From NCBI GenBank assembly GCA_031960925.1, contig JAVSBY010000013.1, forward strand, positions 56,646 through 120,645: a DNA stretch of 64,000 nucleotides, in the 5' to 3' direction. Positions 51,505 through 62,320 of this stretch are shown here, piece by piece. Each line of letters begins with the position of its first letter. The stretch's first letter is position 1. A model generated the notes under the pieces. It did not search any database, was not told the DNA's origin, and saw only the letters and a program-made list of their open reading frames with translations. Made by a program: the position numbers and the translations under genes. Source of the stretch: Gilliamella sp. CRA003912 (lineage in GTDB: Bacteria; Pseudomonadota; Gammaproteobacteria; Enterobacterales; Orbaceae).

Positions 51505-53433
51505 ATGTCATTAATTAATCTTACGAATGCTTATCTTTCTTTTAGCGATGCTCCTTTACTTGATCATATTGATATGTCAATTGAGCTGAATGAAAGAGTC
51601 TGTCTTGTTGGCCGCAATGGTGCGGGTAAATCGACATTGCTTAAAATACTGAACAAAGAAATCCCACTTGATGATGGGCAAATTATTTACGAAAGTAATG
51701 TTATTGTATCCCGGTTACAGCAAGATCCGCCTCGAGATATCCAAGGCACGGTGTTTGACTTTGTCGCTGAAGGCTTGCAAGAACAAGCCGCATTATTAAA
51801 AGCCTACAACGAATTGTCTCATCGGATCGAGAAAGATCCCAGTGACAGTAATTTACACCAGCTAGCAAATCTGCAAGAACAGCTTGATCACCAAAATGGT
51901 TGGCAACTAGAAAATCGTATTCGCAACGTGATCTCGTCGTTGTCACTCAGTCCGGATACTGATTTATCTTCGTTATCGGGTGGATGGCTACGTAAAGCCG
52001 CTTTAGCGAAAGCATTAGTTTGCCAGCCAACCGTGTTACTGCTCGATGAGCCAACCAACCACTTGGATATCGAAACGATAAAATGGCTTGAAGACTTTCT
52101 GAAAAGTTTTAATGGCAGCATTGTGTTTATTTCGCATGATAGATCGTTTATCCGTGAAATGGCGACGCGCATTATCGATCTTGATCGTGGTAAAACAGCA
52201 TCGTGGAGTGGTAATTATGACAGTTATCTAATTGGAAAAGAAGAAGCGCTGCGCGTTGAAGAGTTACAAAATGCAGAGTTTGATAAAAAGTTAGCACAAG
52301 AAGAAGTGTGGATAAGACAAGGAATTAAAGCAAGGCGCACACGTAATGAAGGTAGAGTACGTGCACTAAAAGCCATGCGCCAAGAGCACTCTGAACGTCG
52401 TAAAGTCCTTGGCAGTGCCAATATGCAAATTGAAGAAGCACTTCGTTCCGGTAAAATTGTGTTTGAACTTGAAAATGTCAGTTATCAAATTGAAGATAAA
52501 TTGCTGGTTAATGATTTGACTGTGCAAGTACTGCGCGGTGATAAAATTGCACTTATTGGGCCAAATGGCGCGGGTAAAACCACTTTATTGAAATTGATGC
52601 TAGGTAACTTACAACCGTCTTTAGGATCTGTTCATTGTGGTACAAAACTTGAAGTGGCTTATTTCGATCAGTATCGGCTCGATCTCGATCCCGAAAAAAC
52701 AGTAATGGATAACCTTGCAGAAGGCAAACAAGAAGTCATGGTTAACGGCCGACAACGCCACGTACTGGGTTATTTACAAGACTTTTTATTCCCACCCAAA
52801 AGAGCAAGAACCCCGGTTCGCGCACTATCAGGCGGTGAACGCAATCGCCTATTGCTGGCTAAACTATTTTTAAAACCAAGTAATTTATTGATTCTAGATG
52901 AACCGACGAATGATCTGGACATTGAAACACTTGAATTGCTTGAAGAGCTCGTCAATGAGTACCAAGGTACTGTGCTCCTTGTTAGCCATGATAGACAATT
53001 TGTGGATAACGTTGTGACGCAGTGTTGGTTCTTTGAAGATAATGGCCACATCGGAATTTATGCGGGTGGTTATATGGACGCGAAACAACAGCAGCTGCAA
53101 ACAAAACCAGTAAAAACGGTAGCAACAAGTGTTAGTGAAAAAGAGTTAGCTAAGAAAGATGAGGTCAATCCAGCTGAAGGTTCAAATGTGGCTGAAACAA
53201 GCAAGAAGATTAAGCTGAGTTATAAAGAGCAGCGAGAACTTGAGCAGTTACCACAACAAATAGAACGATTAGAAAATGAGATAGCCGCTTTACAAACCCA
53301 AATGAGCGATAGTGAATTCTTTAATCAACCGCACGAAATAACAAATCAAATACTCGCGCAATTCGCACAGAAAGAAGCTGAATTAGAACAGGTATTTGAT
53401 CGCTGGGAAACTCTTGAATCTTTAAAAAATTAG
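51505..53433 (+). CDS. uup: ABC-F family ATPase Uup
   Basis: Two ABC cassettes (GRNGAGKS, GPNGAGKT, LSGG, LDEPTN), EEVWIRQGIKARRTRNEGR and a C-terminal KLSYKEQREL domain; lies upstream of pqiA. Confidence 0.96.
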   Translation: MSLINLTNAYLSFSDAPLLDHIDMSIELNERVCLVGRNGAGKSTLLKILNKEIPLDDGQIIYESNVIVSRLQQDPPRDIQGTVFDFVAEGLQEQAALLKAYNELSHRIEKDPSDSNLHQLANLQEQLDHQNGWQLENRIRNVISSLSLSPDTDLSSLSGGWLRKAALAKALVCQPTVLLLDEPTNHLDIETIKWLEDFLKSFNGSIVFISHDRSFIREMATRIIDLDRGKTASWSGNYDSYLIGKEEALRVEELQNAEFDKKLAQEEVWIRQGIKARRTRNEGRVRALKAMRQEHSERRKVLGSANMQIEEALRSGKIVFELENVSYQIEDKLLVNDLTVQVLRGDKIALIGPNGAGKTTLLKLMLGNLQPSLGSVHCGTKLEVAYFDQYRLDLDPEKTVMDNLAEGKQEVMVNGRQRHVLGYLQDFLFPPKRARTPVRALSGGERNRLLLAKLFLKPSNLLILDEPTNDLDIETLELLEELVNEYQGTVLLVSHDRQFVDNVVTQCWFFEDNGHIGIYAGGYMDAKQQQLQTKPVKTVATSVSEKELAKKDEVNPAEGSNVAETSKKIKLSYKEQRELEQLPQQIERLENEIAALQTQMSDSEFFNQPHEITNQILAQFAQKEAELEQVFDRWETLESLKN

Positions 53434-53592
53434 CGACAAAAAGAGGCGTGGCCAATCAGCATACGCGTTTTTGTGATTTACCGGTGTTATTAGCTAGTAT
53501 AGAATAGAGCGAATAGTAAAGGTTATCTATAATATGAAAAATAAACGGTTAAGTATGCTGATGACGATCATAGACAAAAATGAAGGACAATC

Positions 53593-54849
53593 ATGAATAT
53601 TGATGATACTCATCATTCTGTTTTATGTCCACATTGTGATTTATTGATACAGTTACCACACGTTTCGCTGGAACAAAAAAAGATTGAGCGCAAAGCTGTC
53701 TGTCCACGTTGCCGGACATTGTTAGCCAAAAACAACGCAAATATGAAACGGCATACTACCATTTATGCCATTTGTGCGCTTTTGATGTTATTACTGGGCT
53801 GCTGCTTTTTTAGTATTGAGATTCGTTTGGTTGGTAATCTCAACAGCATTAGTATTATAGATATTCCTAAAGTCATGTATCTTGATGATTATGGTTATAT
53901 CTCTTTCCTTTTTACCTTATTTGTGTTGGTTTTTCCTGTATTTAATTTGGCAATCATGACCTTATTGTGTTCAAAATTGTCACTGTACAAACAACGACGG
54001 CGTGATCTTTTGATCGTTTATGAAAAGTTTGTTCATTGGTGTATGCCGGAAATATTTTTAGCGGGTATCTTAGTTAGTTTCGTTAAATTGATGAGTTACG
54101 GTGAATTAGGGGTAACTTGTACTTTTTGGGCATTTTGTTTATTTGTCTTTTTTTATTTGAAGGCATTTATTACATTTTCTCCAGAAATGATTTGGGATGA
54201 GCTTGCGCGTAACAATTATGCCAAGCAGCCTTTACTGCGTGGCAAAACCGGGATCAGCCAAAATCTCAAATTGTGTGGTTGCTGTCAGGCTATTTTACCC
54301 AAAGATTTAGCGCGGTGTCCCCGATGCAAACAAAAAAGCCAAATTAGAAATCGAGATAAGATACAGTGGACAATTGCATTACTGATTACGTCATTAATTA
54401 TTTACGTTCCAGCTAATCTCTTTGGCATCATGATAACTTCGGTCTTTGGGTCAGAGTCGACATCGACCATTATGGATGGGGTGATATATATGTGGCAAGC
54501 CGGCGATATCCCGGTTGCTTTAGTAATTTTAACTGCCAGTATTGTGATCCCAATATTAAAGATTATTTCGCTAAGTTGGCTGTGCTTATTTTCGATAACC
54601 AATCAACCAACAAATCGAAAAGAATGCCGAAAAATGAATACGATATATAATGCTGTTGAATTTATCGGAAAATGGTCAATGATTGACGTCTTTGTTGTCG
54701 CAGTTGTGTGTTCATTAGTGAGAAACCAACAGCTTATGGCGATTTACCCAGATATAGGTATTATTTATTTCGCAACTGTTGTAATTATTACAATGATTGC
54801 ATCGCAAAAATTTGATCCGCGGTTAATCTGGGATCGTTTACATGTCTAA
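53593..54849 (+). CDS. pqiA: Intermembrane transport protein PqiA
   Basis: Two CxxC...CPRC zinc-finger-like regions, VSFVKL and GKWSMIDVFVV motifs. Confidence 0.93.
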   Translation: MNIDDTHHSVLCPHCDLLIQLPHVSLEQKKIERKAVCPRCRTLLAKNNANMKRHTTIYAICALLMLLLGCCFFSIEIRLVGNLNSISIIDIPKVMYLDDYGYISFLFTLFVLVFPVFNLAIMTLLCSKLSLYKQRRRDLLIVYEKFVHWCMPEIFLAGILVSFVKLMSYGELGVTCTFWAFCLFVFFYLKAFITFSPEMIWDELARNNYAKQPLLRGKTGISQNLKLCGCCQAILPKDLARCPRCKQKSQIRNRDKIQWTIALLITSLIIYVPANLFGIMITSVFGSESTSTIMDGVIYMWQAGDIPVALVILTASIVIPILKIISLSWLCLFSITNQPTNRKECRKMNTIYNAVEFIGKWSMIDVFVVAVVCSLVRNQQLMAIYPDIGIIYFATVVIITMIASQKFDPRLIWDRLHV

Positions 54850-54866
54850 ACCATAGTAGGAAAAGT

Positions 54867-56504
54867 ATGTCACCATCACGCAAATTAGCCAAAGTAGTTA
54901 AAGTAAAAGGGATATCGGCTATATGGATCATCCCTATTGTTACCGCTATTGTTGGGCTCTGGATTATTTATTCGCATATTACGAATAAAGGTATTGAATT
55001 TACCTTGCTAGCAAAAGATGCCAGTGGGATTGTTGCGGGTAAAACAACGATTAAAAATCGCAGCGTTGATGTCGGTATCATTAACGAAGTGACATTGGCC
55101 GATGATTATCAACAAGTGGTAATTAGAGGGCGCCTTTACAAAGATATGGAGCCTTTACTTAAAAATGACTCTTTATTTTGGGTGGTGAGACCCCAAATTG
55201 GCCGCGAAGGTATTACTGGACTTGGTACTATTTTATCGGGCAACTATATTGAACTTGTATCGGGCAACGATACAAGTCCTTTTGATAACCGATTATTCAC
55301 GTTATCAGATACTCCGCCTTTAACCGACCCGAGTGTTCAAGGTATACGATTAAATCTGGAAAGTGATCAAAATGGGGTAATTCCTCGTGGTGCGATAGTC
55401 ATGTTTAGAGGATATCACGTTGGTAGTGTTGAAACATCGAGTTTTGATGTTGAATCCCGTAAGATGAAATACCAAATTTTTATCAGTAAACCGTATGACG
55501 CGCTGGTCACACAAAATGTCCGTTTCTGGAAAGAGGGTGGCGTGAATTTGACCTTATCTTCACGCGGGGCTAATTTAGACATTCCATCTCTTGATGTTTT
55601 ACTTTCAGGTGGAATCAGTTTTGATTTACCCGAAGGGGCAAAATACGGTGAGGCGGCAAAACAGTTTTCTGTCTATAAACTGTATGAAGATAAAAAAGCT
55701 ATTCAAGATTCGCAGTATACCGATTACACAGAATTTTTATTAATGTTTCCTGAGTCGATTGCAGGACTTTCTGAAGGTGCAGCTGTTGAGTATCATGGTA
55801 TAAGGCTGGGTACAGTAAGTCAGGTACCATTTTATACACCTGAAATGCTAAAACAAGCATCGATATTAAATCAAAAAATTCCAGTTTTGATTCGAATCGA
55901 ACCTGATCGATTATCAGAATTGGTCGATGAAAAAATTGATATTGCATCCCTTATCATCGATGAACAAAAAAATGGTTTAAGAGCCACACTAAAAACAGAG
56001 AATATGTTTACCGGAACGCTCTATATTGATTTGGATTTTTACCCTGAGTTAAAAAGCAATTATGACCCTAACAAAACGGAATTGTACGGGTATAAAACGA
56101 TTGGGACAGCGTCGACAGGTTTAGCACAAATTCAAGCGAAAGTGCTACAGCTGTTAGATAATTTTAACCGTTTACCATTAGATGGCACCGTTGCAGAGTT
56201 GAATAAATCGTTAGCTGAAAGTCAAAAATTAATTTCATCATTGAATAAAATGATGAACAGCAAAGAGATACAAGGTCTACCGAATGACTTGCAGCAAACC
56301 TTGCGTTCACTGAATGAAACAATTAAAGATTTTCAGCCAGGCTCTGACTTAAATAGTCAAATGAAACAAAGCCTAGAAAAAGTGCAGAAGATGATGGATG
56401 AGTTAACTCCACTACTTGGCACATTAAATGATAAAAGTAATGCATTGATTTTTTCAGCACCGTCTAAAAAAGATCCGCAACCTAAAGCGAGAGGACAAAA
56501 ATAA
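54867..56504 (+). CDS. pqiB: Intermembrane transport protein PqiB (MCE domains)
   Basis: IWIIP N-terminal TM, FWVVRPQIG, GLGTILSG, three MCE domains and a C-terminal coiled coil ending DPQPK. Confidence 0.94.
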   Translation: MSPSRKLAKVVKVKGISAIWIIPIVTAIVGLWIIYSHITNKGIEFTLLAKDASGIVAGKTTIKNRSVDVGIINEVTLADDYQQVVIRGRLYKDMEPLLKNDSLFWVVRPQIGREGITGLGTILSGNYIELVSGNDTSPFDNRLFTLSDTPPLTDPSVQGIRLNLESDQNGVIPRGAIVMFRGYHVGSVETSSFDVESRKMKYQIFISKPYDALVTQNVRFWKEGGVNLTLSSRGANLDIPSLDVLLSGGISFDLPEGAKYGEAAKQFSVYKLYEDKKAIQDSQYTDYTEFLLMFPESIAGLSEGAAVEYHGIRLGTVSQVPFYTPEMLKQASILNQKIPVLIRIEPDRLSELVDEKIDIASLIIDEQKNGLRATLKTENMFTGTLYIDLDFYPELKSNYDPNKTELYGYKTIGTASTGLAQIQAKVLQLLDNFNRLPLDGTVAELNKSLAESQKLISSLNKMMNSKEIQGLPNDLQQTLRSLNETIKDFQPGSDLNSQMKQSLEKVQKMMDELTPLLGTLNDKSNALIFSAPSKKDPQPKARGQK

Positions 56505-57073
56505 TGAATAAGATTATTGCGGTAGTATTTACCGTATCGTTGATGGCATTAGCGAGCTGTTCGTCTAGTGTGCCGAGTAAAAATTATTTCCAATTAACAA
56601 CGAATTTAGATAAGGTGCCCTCACAAATGGCACATAAAACCGACCGTTTTATTTTGATTGAATCGGTTGATATTGATGATTTTTTAAATAAAAATGGCAT
56701 CGTCATTCAAACCGATCCAATAAAATATACAACTGCTGCAAATAATTTATGGACATCGCCGCTGTCGAAACAATTAGAAAACCGGGTTACGCAGGATTTA
56801 TCTTTATTATTGCCTGATTATTTAGTTTCAACAAAACCGATTAAAGCGCCCTATTTAAAAGTGAAATTATTCATCGAAGGATTTCATGGCAGCTACACTG
56901 GTGACGCTGTAATTAAAGGTCGCTGGGTTATCACAAAAAATAGCCACGACATTTACAGTAAGGTCTTTGAACGAAAAGTCCCTCTGACTCATGACGGTTA
57001 TGACGCATTGGTCAATGCGTTATCAGCAGCTTGGCAACAAGAAGAGTTAGATTTAGCACGCAACTTACAATAG
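56504..57073 (+). CDS. pqiC: Outer membrane lipoprotein PqiC
   Basis: Lipobox LASC; NNLW.SPL, FHG and DGYDALV motifs; follows pqiB. Confidence 0.9.
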   Translation: MNKIIAVVFTVSLMALASCSSSVPSKNYFQLTTNLDKVPSQMAHKTDRFILIESVDIDDFLNKNGIVIQTDPIKYTTAANNLWTSPLSKQLENRVTQDLSLLLPDYLVSTKPIKAPYLKVKLFIEGFHGSYTGDAVIKGRWVITKNSHDIYSKVFERKVPLTHDGYDALVNALSAAWQQEELDLARNLQ

Positions 57074-57109
57074 GCGATTTTATAACGCTTTGTTTGTTTG
57101 CTCATTATT

Positions 57110-57141
57110 TTAGCTAACCTAAATTAACTTAGGTTAGCTAA
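57110..57141. repeat. Perfect 13-bp inverted repeat between convergent pqiC and the nucleoside hydrolase (probable terminator)
   Basis: TTAGCTAACCTAA-ATTAAC-TTAGGTTAGCTAA. Confidence 0.75.
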
Positions 57142-57152
57142 TGTCTCATTAG

Positions 57153-58154
57153 TTAATGTTTGTTCGCGAAATTTTCTAAAGAATCAAAAATAATTGATAG
57201 TAATTTTTGATTATCCACCGTTTCAAGTACATTGATTGTCGATGTGGGTAATGTCGGCATGCCAATGGTTAGGCGCAATGTATCTGGCTTCCAACGTCTA
57301 GAGCTCCCTCGGGTGTAATCGCCTTGCAGTGCGACATCGACAATATAGGGATTTGAAGTTATAAATGAAGGATCAATCAAATAAGCAACACATAATGCAT
57401 CATGAATCCAGCATCCCGGTATATGCCGAGTTTGCATTGAATAATCCATCCAAGGTCGCGTTGTTGTCACCAAATATTGACTCAGTGGATCTGCATTAAG
57501 GGCAATACGATCTAAATCATGATGGGTTAGCAAGGTGGTTGTTGTCACATCATAAGGGGCGAGTGTTATTTTCGCGCCACTGCTTAGCACAACTTTAGCC
57601 GCTTCGGGATCAATCGCAAAATTGGTATCTTTGAGACTACCAGGCACGTTAAACACGCCGCCCATAATAATAATTTCTGCAACGCAATCAACAAATTCGG
57701 GATAAAGCTGGATAGTATGCGCAATATTCGTTAACGGCCCTATGGCAACCACCGAAATTTGTTTAGGATTTTGGCAAACCAAATCACCAATCGCTTGCGC
57801 TGCATTAATGGTAACGGGACTATTTGAGGAATGTGTTATGCCCTTATCTGACCAAAGGTGCAGTAACCCTTGCTTTTTCACATTATTATCTAAATGTTCC
57901 CGCCAAGGAAGCGGAGGTTCAAGTAAAGCTTGCGCCGCACCTTTTGCAACAGGAATATCAAGATTAAGCAAATTCATGATATGTTTAGCCACGCTATATC
58001 CCGTATCACGAGGCGTATTGCCAGACACGGTTGTTACCAATTCTAACGATATCTGTGGATTGGCTATTGCTAGTGCAATGGCTAATCCATCATCGACATT
58101 GGCGCCGGGAATGCCATTTCCCGGGTCACAATCAATTATTATTCTTTTTACCAT
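57153..58154 (-). CDS. Nucleoside hydrolase family protein (IU-NH fold), divergent subfamily
   Basis: IIIDCDPG...DD, TTVSGN, AIGPLTN, IMGG, NF..DPEAA and IHD motifs; ATG 58154 with GAGGG RBS. Confidence 0.9.
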   Translation of the reverse strand: MVKRIIIDCDPGNGIPGANVDDGLAIALAIANPQISLELVTTVSGNTPRDTGYSVAKHIMNLLNLDIPVAKGAAQALLEPPLPWREHLDNNVKKQGLLHLWSDKGITHSSNSPVTINAAQAIGDLVCQNPKQISVVAIGPLTNIAHTIQLYPEFVDCVAEIIIMGGVFNVPGSLKDTNFAIDPEAAKVVLSSGAKITLAPYDVTTTTLLTHHDLDRIALNADPLSQYLVTTTRPWMDYSMQTRHIPGCWIHDALCVAYLIDPSFITSNPYIVDVALQGDYTRGSSRRWKPDTLRLTIGMPTLPTSTINVLETVDNQKLLSIIFDSLENFANKH

Positions 58155-58211
58155 ATCATTACCCTCGTATATCATTGATTTCTGGCTTAACAAGTCAGAA
58201 ATCAATGGGGA

Positions 58212-59600
58212 TTAAATTGCATCATTTTGTGAGTTGAGATCACGTCCACGCGTTTCTGGCGCAAAGAAAGTCGTAATAAATCCGATTGTTGCCATAGTAC
58301 CAAAGTAGATAGCAATTGGCCACCAAGAACCATAGTAACTAAGTAATCCCGCGGCAACGAGCGGTGCTATACCCCCAGATATAATTCCACCCATTTCTTT
58401 TGCAAGTGCCATTTTAGTATAACGTGATTTAACACCAAACAATTCAACACCATAAGCAGCTTGAACGCCAAAAATGCCAAGTGAAGCTAAGCATATTCCT
58501 GTTACAATAATGGCTCCAACAATCATTGGGTCACGCGTTTCAAGGAACATATAGGCGGGAATTGCATAAAGCATTAATAAGAAGCAGAAAATACGATAAA
58601 TAATGCGTCGGCCATACTTATCAGAAAGCCAGCCTGAAAATGGGATAACAACAAAACCGAGTAACGAGGCAATAAATACTGAGGTGGTTGGTACGGCTTT
58701 GCTGACGCCTAAGATTTTAACAACATAACCAATAACAAAACCTTGTGCTAAATAAGAAGGGCCATTTTCACCGATACGTAATCCAAGCATAACGAAAAAG
58801 GCTTTATTGCGCTGAAAGAATGAGCGTGTTTCAGCAGCTTGTTGACTATTTCTTATTGCCATCGGTTGTTTGGTGGTTTGCGTGGCATTATTGGTTTGTT
58901 CTTTTTCAAAAACAGGTGTTTCTTTCACATGACGACGAATTAACGTTGCTGAAACTGCGATCAATGCACTTGCAATAAAAGGCACGCGCCAAGCCCAGTC
59001 AATAACTGTCTGTTGATCAAGAGTTAATACCAATAACCAAACGCCTGAGGCAACTAACGTACCACTGTTTGACCCAATTCCGATGATTGATGCGATTAAT
59101 CCGCGACGTTTAGCTGGGGCATATTCACCAAGCATGACCGTTGCGCCAGATAATTCAGCACCGGCACCAAAACCTTGTACAAAGCGCAAAATCACTAAAC
59201 AAATCGGTGCTAATATTCCGATTGTATGATAACTAGGTATGCAGCCGATAAGTGTTGTCGAAATACCCATTAAAGCGATGGTGATGACAAGGACGATTTT
59301 GCGACCTCTTTTATCACCGAGTCGACCAAAGAAAATTGCGCCGATAGGTCTTGCAATAAAGCCAACTGAATAAGTGGCAAAACTTGATAACAACGCAACA
59401 GCCGGCGTCACTTCAGGAAAGAATACATCGCCAAAAACAAGTCCTGCTGCAAGGCCATATAAGGCAAAGTCGACGTATTCCATCGTCGTACCTAGCCAAC
59501 ATGCAAGGCATGCTCTTATAAATTCTTTTTTCCCCTCAGGGGTTTTCAGTCGTTCCTCGGCAGCGGAACTCTGATTATGTGTTGATGTTTCAATACTCAT
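58212..59600 (-). CDS. MFS transporter, metabolite:H+ symporter (MHS; ShiA/ProP-like) family
   Basis: GTTMEYVDFALYG, ARPIGAIFFGRLGDKRGRK, QGFGAGAE, WAWRVPF and PETRGRDL motifs; ATG 59600 with GGAG RBS. Confidence 0.92.
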   Translation of the reverse strand: MSIETSTHNQSSAAEERLKTPEGKKEFIRACLACWLGTTMEYVDFALYGLAAGLVFGDVFFPEVTPAVALLSSFATYSVGFIARPIGAIFFGRLGDKRGRKIVLVITIALMGISTTLIGCIPSYHTIGILAPICLVILRFVQGFGAGAELSGATVMLGEYAPAKRRGLIASIIGIGSNSGTLVASGVWLLVLTLDQQTVIDWAWRVPFIASALIAVSATLIRRHVKETPVFEKEQTNNATQTTKQPMAIRNSQQAAETRSFFQRNKAFFVMLGLRIGENGPSYLAQGFVIGYVVKILGVSKAVPTTSVFIASLLGFVVIPFSGWLSDKYGRRIIYRIFCFLLMLYAIPAYMFLETRDPMIVGAIIVTGICLASLGIFGVQAAYGVELFGVKSRYTKMALAKEMGGIISGGIAPLVAAGLLSYYGSWWPIAIYFGTMATIGFITTFFAPETRGRDLNSQNDAI

Positions 59601-60039
59601 TCTAATACTCCGGTCATAATTATAGATTATTTGATAGTTAACATAGAAAACAAAGACGTCATTACAGGTATCATCCAAAGCGGATTCTTTTTATTGCTTT
59701 TGTGATAATTATTTTTATAAGGTGTGGCATAAGCTGTCTGATTATTGGTGGGTTTTAATTACTTAAAATGTTATTCAAATGTAAAAGTTTGGTGATTATA
59801 GCAAAATAAAAAAACAAATAAATGATAATTGCCTATTTTCATCATAAATAATGTTGTTTTTTTGTTTTTCTATTTTTATCCGCTTTTTTATTTATTATTA
59901 AGCGGTAAATAAAAATGAATGCTTAGGCTTTTAATCGCTAAATGCTAACAGCTGATTTATTTGATTCAATTACCAGTCAAAATGCACTGAAAACACTGAT
60001 TATAACTATGTATAATGGCGTCAAGTCATTAATTGACGC

Positions 60040-60067
60040 TTGCAATTTATTTTAAATCGAGTATACT
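60040..60067 (+). promoter_or_regulatory. Putative sigma70 promoter for the tRNA-fMet-rimP-nusA-infB operon
   Basis: TTGCAA, 16-bp spacer, TATACT, ending 14 bp before the tRNA. Confidence 0.6.
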
Positions 60068-60081
60068 CCAAACAAATCTAG

Positions 60082-60158
<77 letters not shown>

Positions 60159-60247
60159 CTTAAATTTTCATTCATAACTCAAATCAATTCATTTTGTAAC
60201 ATGAAAGTTCGAATAAAGTGGCTTCATTATAGTTTTATTTTGAATGT

Positions 60248-60271
60248 AGCCTCGCATGTCGAGGTTTTTTT
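60248..60271 (+). terminator. Terminator/attenuator after tRNA-fMet
   Basis: AGCCTCG-CATGT-CGAGGTT followed by a T-run. Confidence 0.75.
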
Positions 60272-60307
60272 ATTTGTTAAGTTTAGAAAGTAAGTTTAAA
60301 AAAATGA

Positions 60308-60330
60308 TGGGCTTTATGCCCTTTTTTATT
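60308..60330 (+). promoter_or_regulatory. rimP leader terminator-like hairpin
   Basis: GGGC-TTTAT-GCCC-TTTTTT just upstream of the rimP RBS, as in the conserved rimP leader. Confidence 0.7.
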
Positions 60331-60349
60331 TTATGCTTTGGAGGTTTGT

Positions 60350-60811
60350 TTGCTTAATCTTGAACAGCAATTGACTAATATTATTCAAGTGCCCGTTGAT
60401 GTACTTGGTTTTGAACTTGTTGGTATTGAATATATTCGTGGTCGATATCCCGTACTTCGTGTTTATATTGATAGCGAAAATGGAATTTCAGTTGATAATT
60501 GTGCCGATGTCAGTCGTCAAATTAGTGCCGTACTAGATGTAGAAGATCCGATTACTGATGCCTATACCTTAGAGGTTTCTTCTCCTGGAATGGATAGACC
60601 TTTATTTACATTGGAACATTATCAACGCTTTATTGGCGAAGAAGTCACATTATCATTACGTATTGCCGTTGCAAATCGTCGAAAATGGAAAGGGCAAATT
60701 AAATCTGCTCAAGATGGCATGATTACCCTAAATATCGATGGTAATGATGAAGTATTTGCATTTAGTAATATTCAAAAGGCAAATATTGTCCCTAATTTTA
60801 ATCTTAAATGA
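60350..60811 (+). CDS. rimP: Ribosome maturation factor RimP
   Basis: LRVYID, LDVEDPI and [12 protein letters not shown] motifs; TTG start after GGAGG. Confidence 0.96.
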   Translation: MLNLEQQLTNIIQVPVDVLGFELVGIEYIRGRYPVLRVYIDSENGISVDNCADVSRQISAVLDVEDPITDAYTLEVSSPGMDRPLFTLEHYQRFIGEEVTLSLRIAVANRRKWKGQIKSAQDGMITLNIDGNDEVFAFSNIQKANIVPNFNLK

Positions 60812-60827
60812 GTGCAGGTGTAGAAGG

Positions 60828-62303
60828 ATGAATAAAGAGATTTTAGCCGTTGTTGAAGCTGTTTCCAACGAAAAATCGCTAACAAGAGATAAAATTTTTG
60901 AAGCGTTAGAAACTGCATTAGCAACCGCCACTAAAAAGAAATATACCGTAGATATCGACGTTACTGTAAAAATCGACCATAAAACCGGTGATTATGATAC
61001 ATTTCGTCGATGGTTAGTGGTTAATGATGTCACTCAACCAACGAAAGAAATTACGTTAGATGCGGCACAATATGAAGACCCAACTAAACAATTAGGCGAT
61101 TATGTTGAAGAACAAATCGAATCGGTTGCCTTTGACCGAATTACAACACAAACAGCTAAACAAGTCATTGTTCAAAAAGTGCGTGAAGCAGAAAGAGCCA
61201 TGGTTATTGACATGTTTAGACACAGAATCGGTGAGATTGTAACGGGTATAGTCAAAAAAACCAATCGCGACAGTGTTGTTTTAGATCTTGGAAACAATGC
61301 GGACGCTGTGATGTCGCGTCACGATATGCTGCCGCGTGAAAATTTCCGTATTGGTGATCGCGTTCGTGGTATTTTATATCTTGTTGAGCAAGATAATAAA
61401 CCGGCTCAGCTTTGTATCAGTCGTTCAAATCCGGAAATGATGGAAGAATTATTCCGGATCGAGGTGCCAGAAATTGGCGAAGAAGTGATTGATGTAAAAG
61501 GGGTCGCTCGCGATCCTGGTTCGCGCGCTAAAATCGCGGTTAGAAGTAATGATCGTCGTATCGATCCCGTTGGTGCTTGTGTTGGTATGCGTGGTGCACG
61601 TGTTCAGGCGGTATCGAATGAATTTGGTGGTGAGCGGATTGATATCGTGTTGTGGGATGAAAATCCAGCACAGTACGTTATTAATGCAATGGCACCTGCT
61701 GATGTGGCATCAATTGTGGTTGATGAAGATAAACATACCATGGACGTTGCGGTTAACGCCGAAACATTACCACAAGCAATTGGTCGTAATGGACAAAATA
61801 TTCGATTAGCTTCCCAATTGACGGGATGGACGCTGAATGTAATGAGTACTGAAGCATTACAAGAAAAACACCATGCGGAATCGTTTGCAGCAATCAATAA
61901 TTTAATGAAATATTTAGATATTGGTGAAGATCTTGCTCAATTGCTTGTCGAAGAAGGATTTACCTCTTTAGAAGAGTTAGCTTATGTTCCTGTCAATGAA
62001 CTGTTAGAGATTGACGAACTTGATGAAGAACTCGTTGACACTTTAAGAGGTCGAGCAAAAGATGCACTTACGACCATCGCATTATCACACAGCGGTGATA
62101 AAAGACCGGCTCAAGAGCTGCTTGATATGCCGGGCATGACACAGGAATTGGCCTATCAATTAGCGCAAAATGATGTGATTACATTGGAAGATTTAGCCGA
62201 ACAAGGCACCGATGATCTTGCCGATATTGAAGGTTTAACAAGCGAACAAGCTGGCGAGTTTATTATGGCTGCACGTAATATTTGTTGGTTTGCAAATGAA
62301 TAA
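60828..62303 (+). CDS. nusA: Transcription elongation factor NusA
   Basis: [16 protein letters not shown] start; S1 and KH domains ([19 protein letters not shown]); two acidic repeats; C-terminal AARNICWF. Confidence 0.99.
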   Translation: MNKEILAVVEAVSNEKSLTRDKIFEALETALATATKKKYTVDIDVTVKIDHKTGDYDTFRRWLVVNDVTQPTKEITLDAAQYEDPTKQLGDYVEEQIESVAFDRITTQTAKQVIVQKVREAERAMVIDMFRHRIGEIVTGIVKKTNRDSVVLDLGNNADAVMSRHDMLPRENFRIGDRVRGILYLVEQDNKPAQLCISRSNPEMMEELFRIEVPEIGEEVIDVKGVARDPGSRAKIAVRSNDRRIDPVGACVGMRGARVQAVSNEFGGERIDIVLWDENPAQYVINAMAPADVASIVVDEDKHTMDVAVNAETLPQAIGRNGQNIRLASQLTGWTLNVMSTEALQEKHHAESFAAINNLMKYLDIGEDLAQLLVEEGFTSLEELAYVPVNELLEIDELDEELVDTLRGRAKDALTTIALSHSGDKRPAQELLDMPGMTQELAYQLAQNDVITLEDLAEQGTDDLADIEGLTSEQAGEFIMAARNICWFANE

Positions 62304-62320
62304 TTGAGGGATAGTAACAC

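Noticed and set aside
59819..59840. AATGATAATTG as a Fur box upstream of the MHS transporter
   Set aside because: Only one half-site matches, in very AT-rich DNA.
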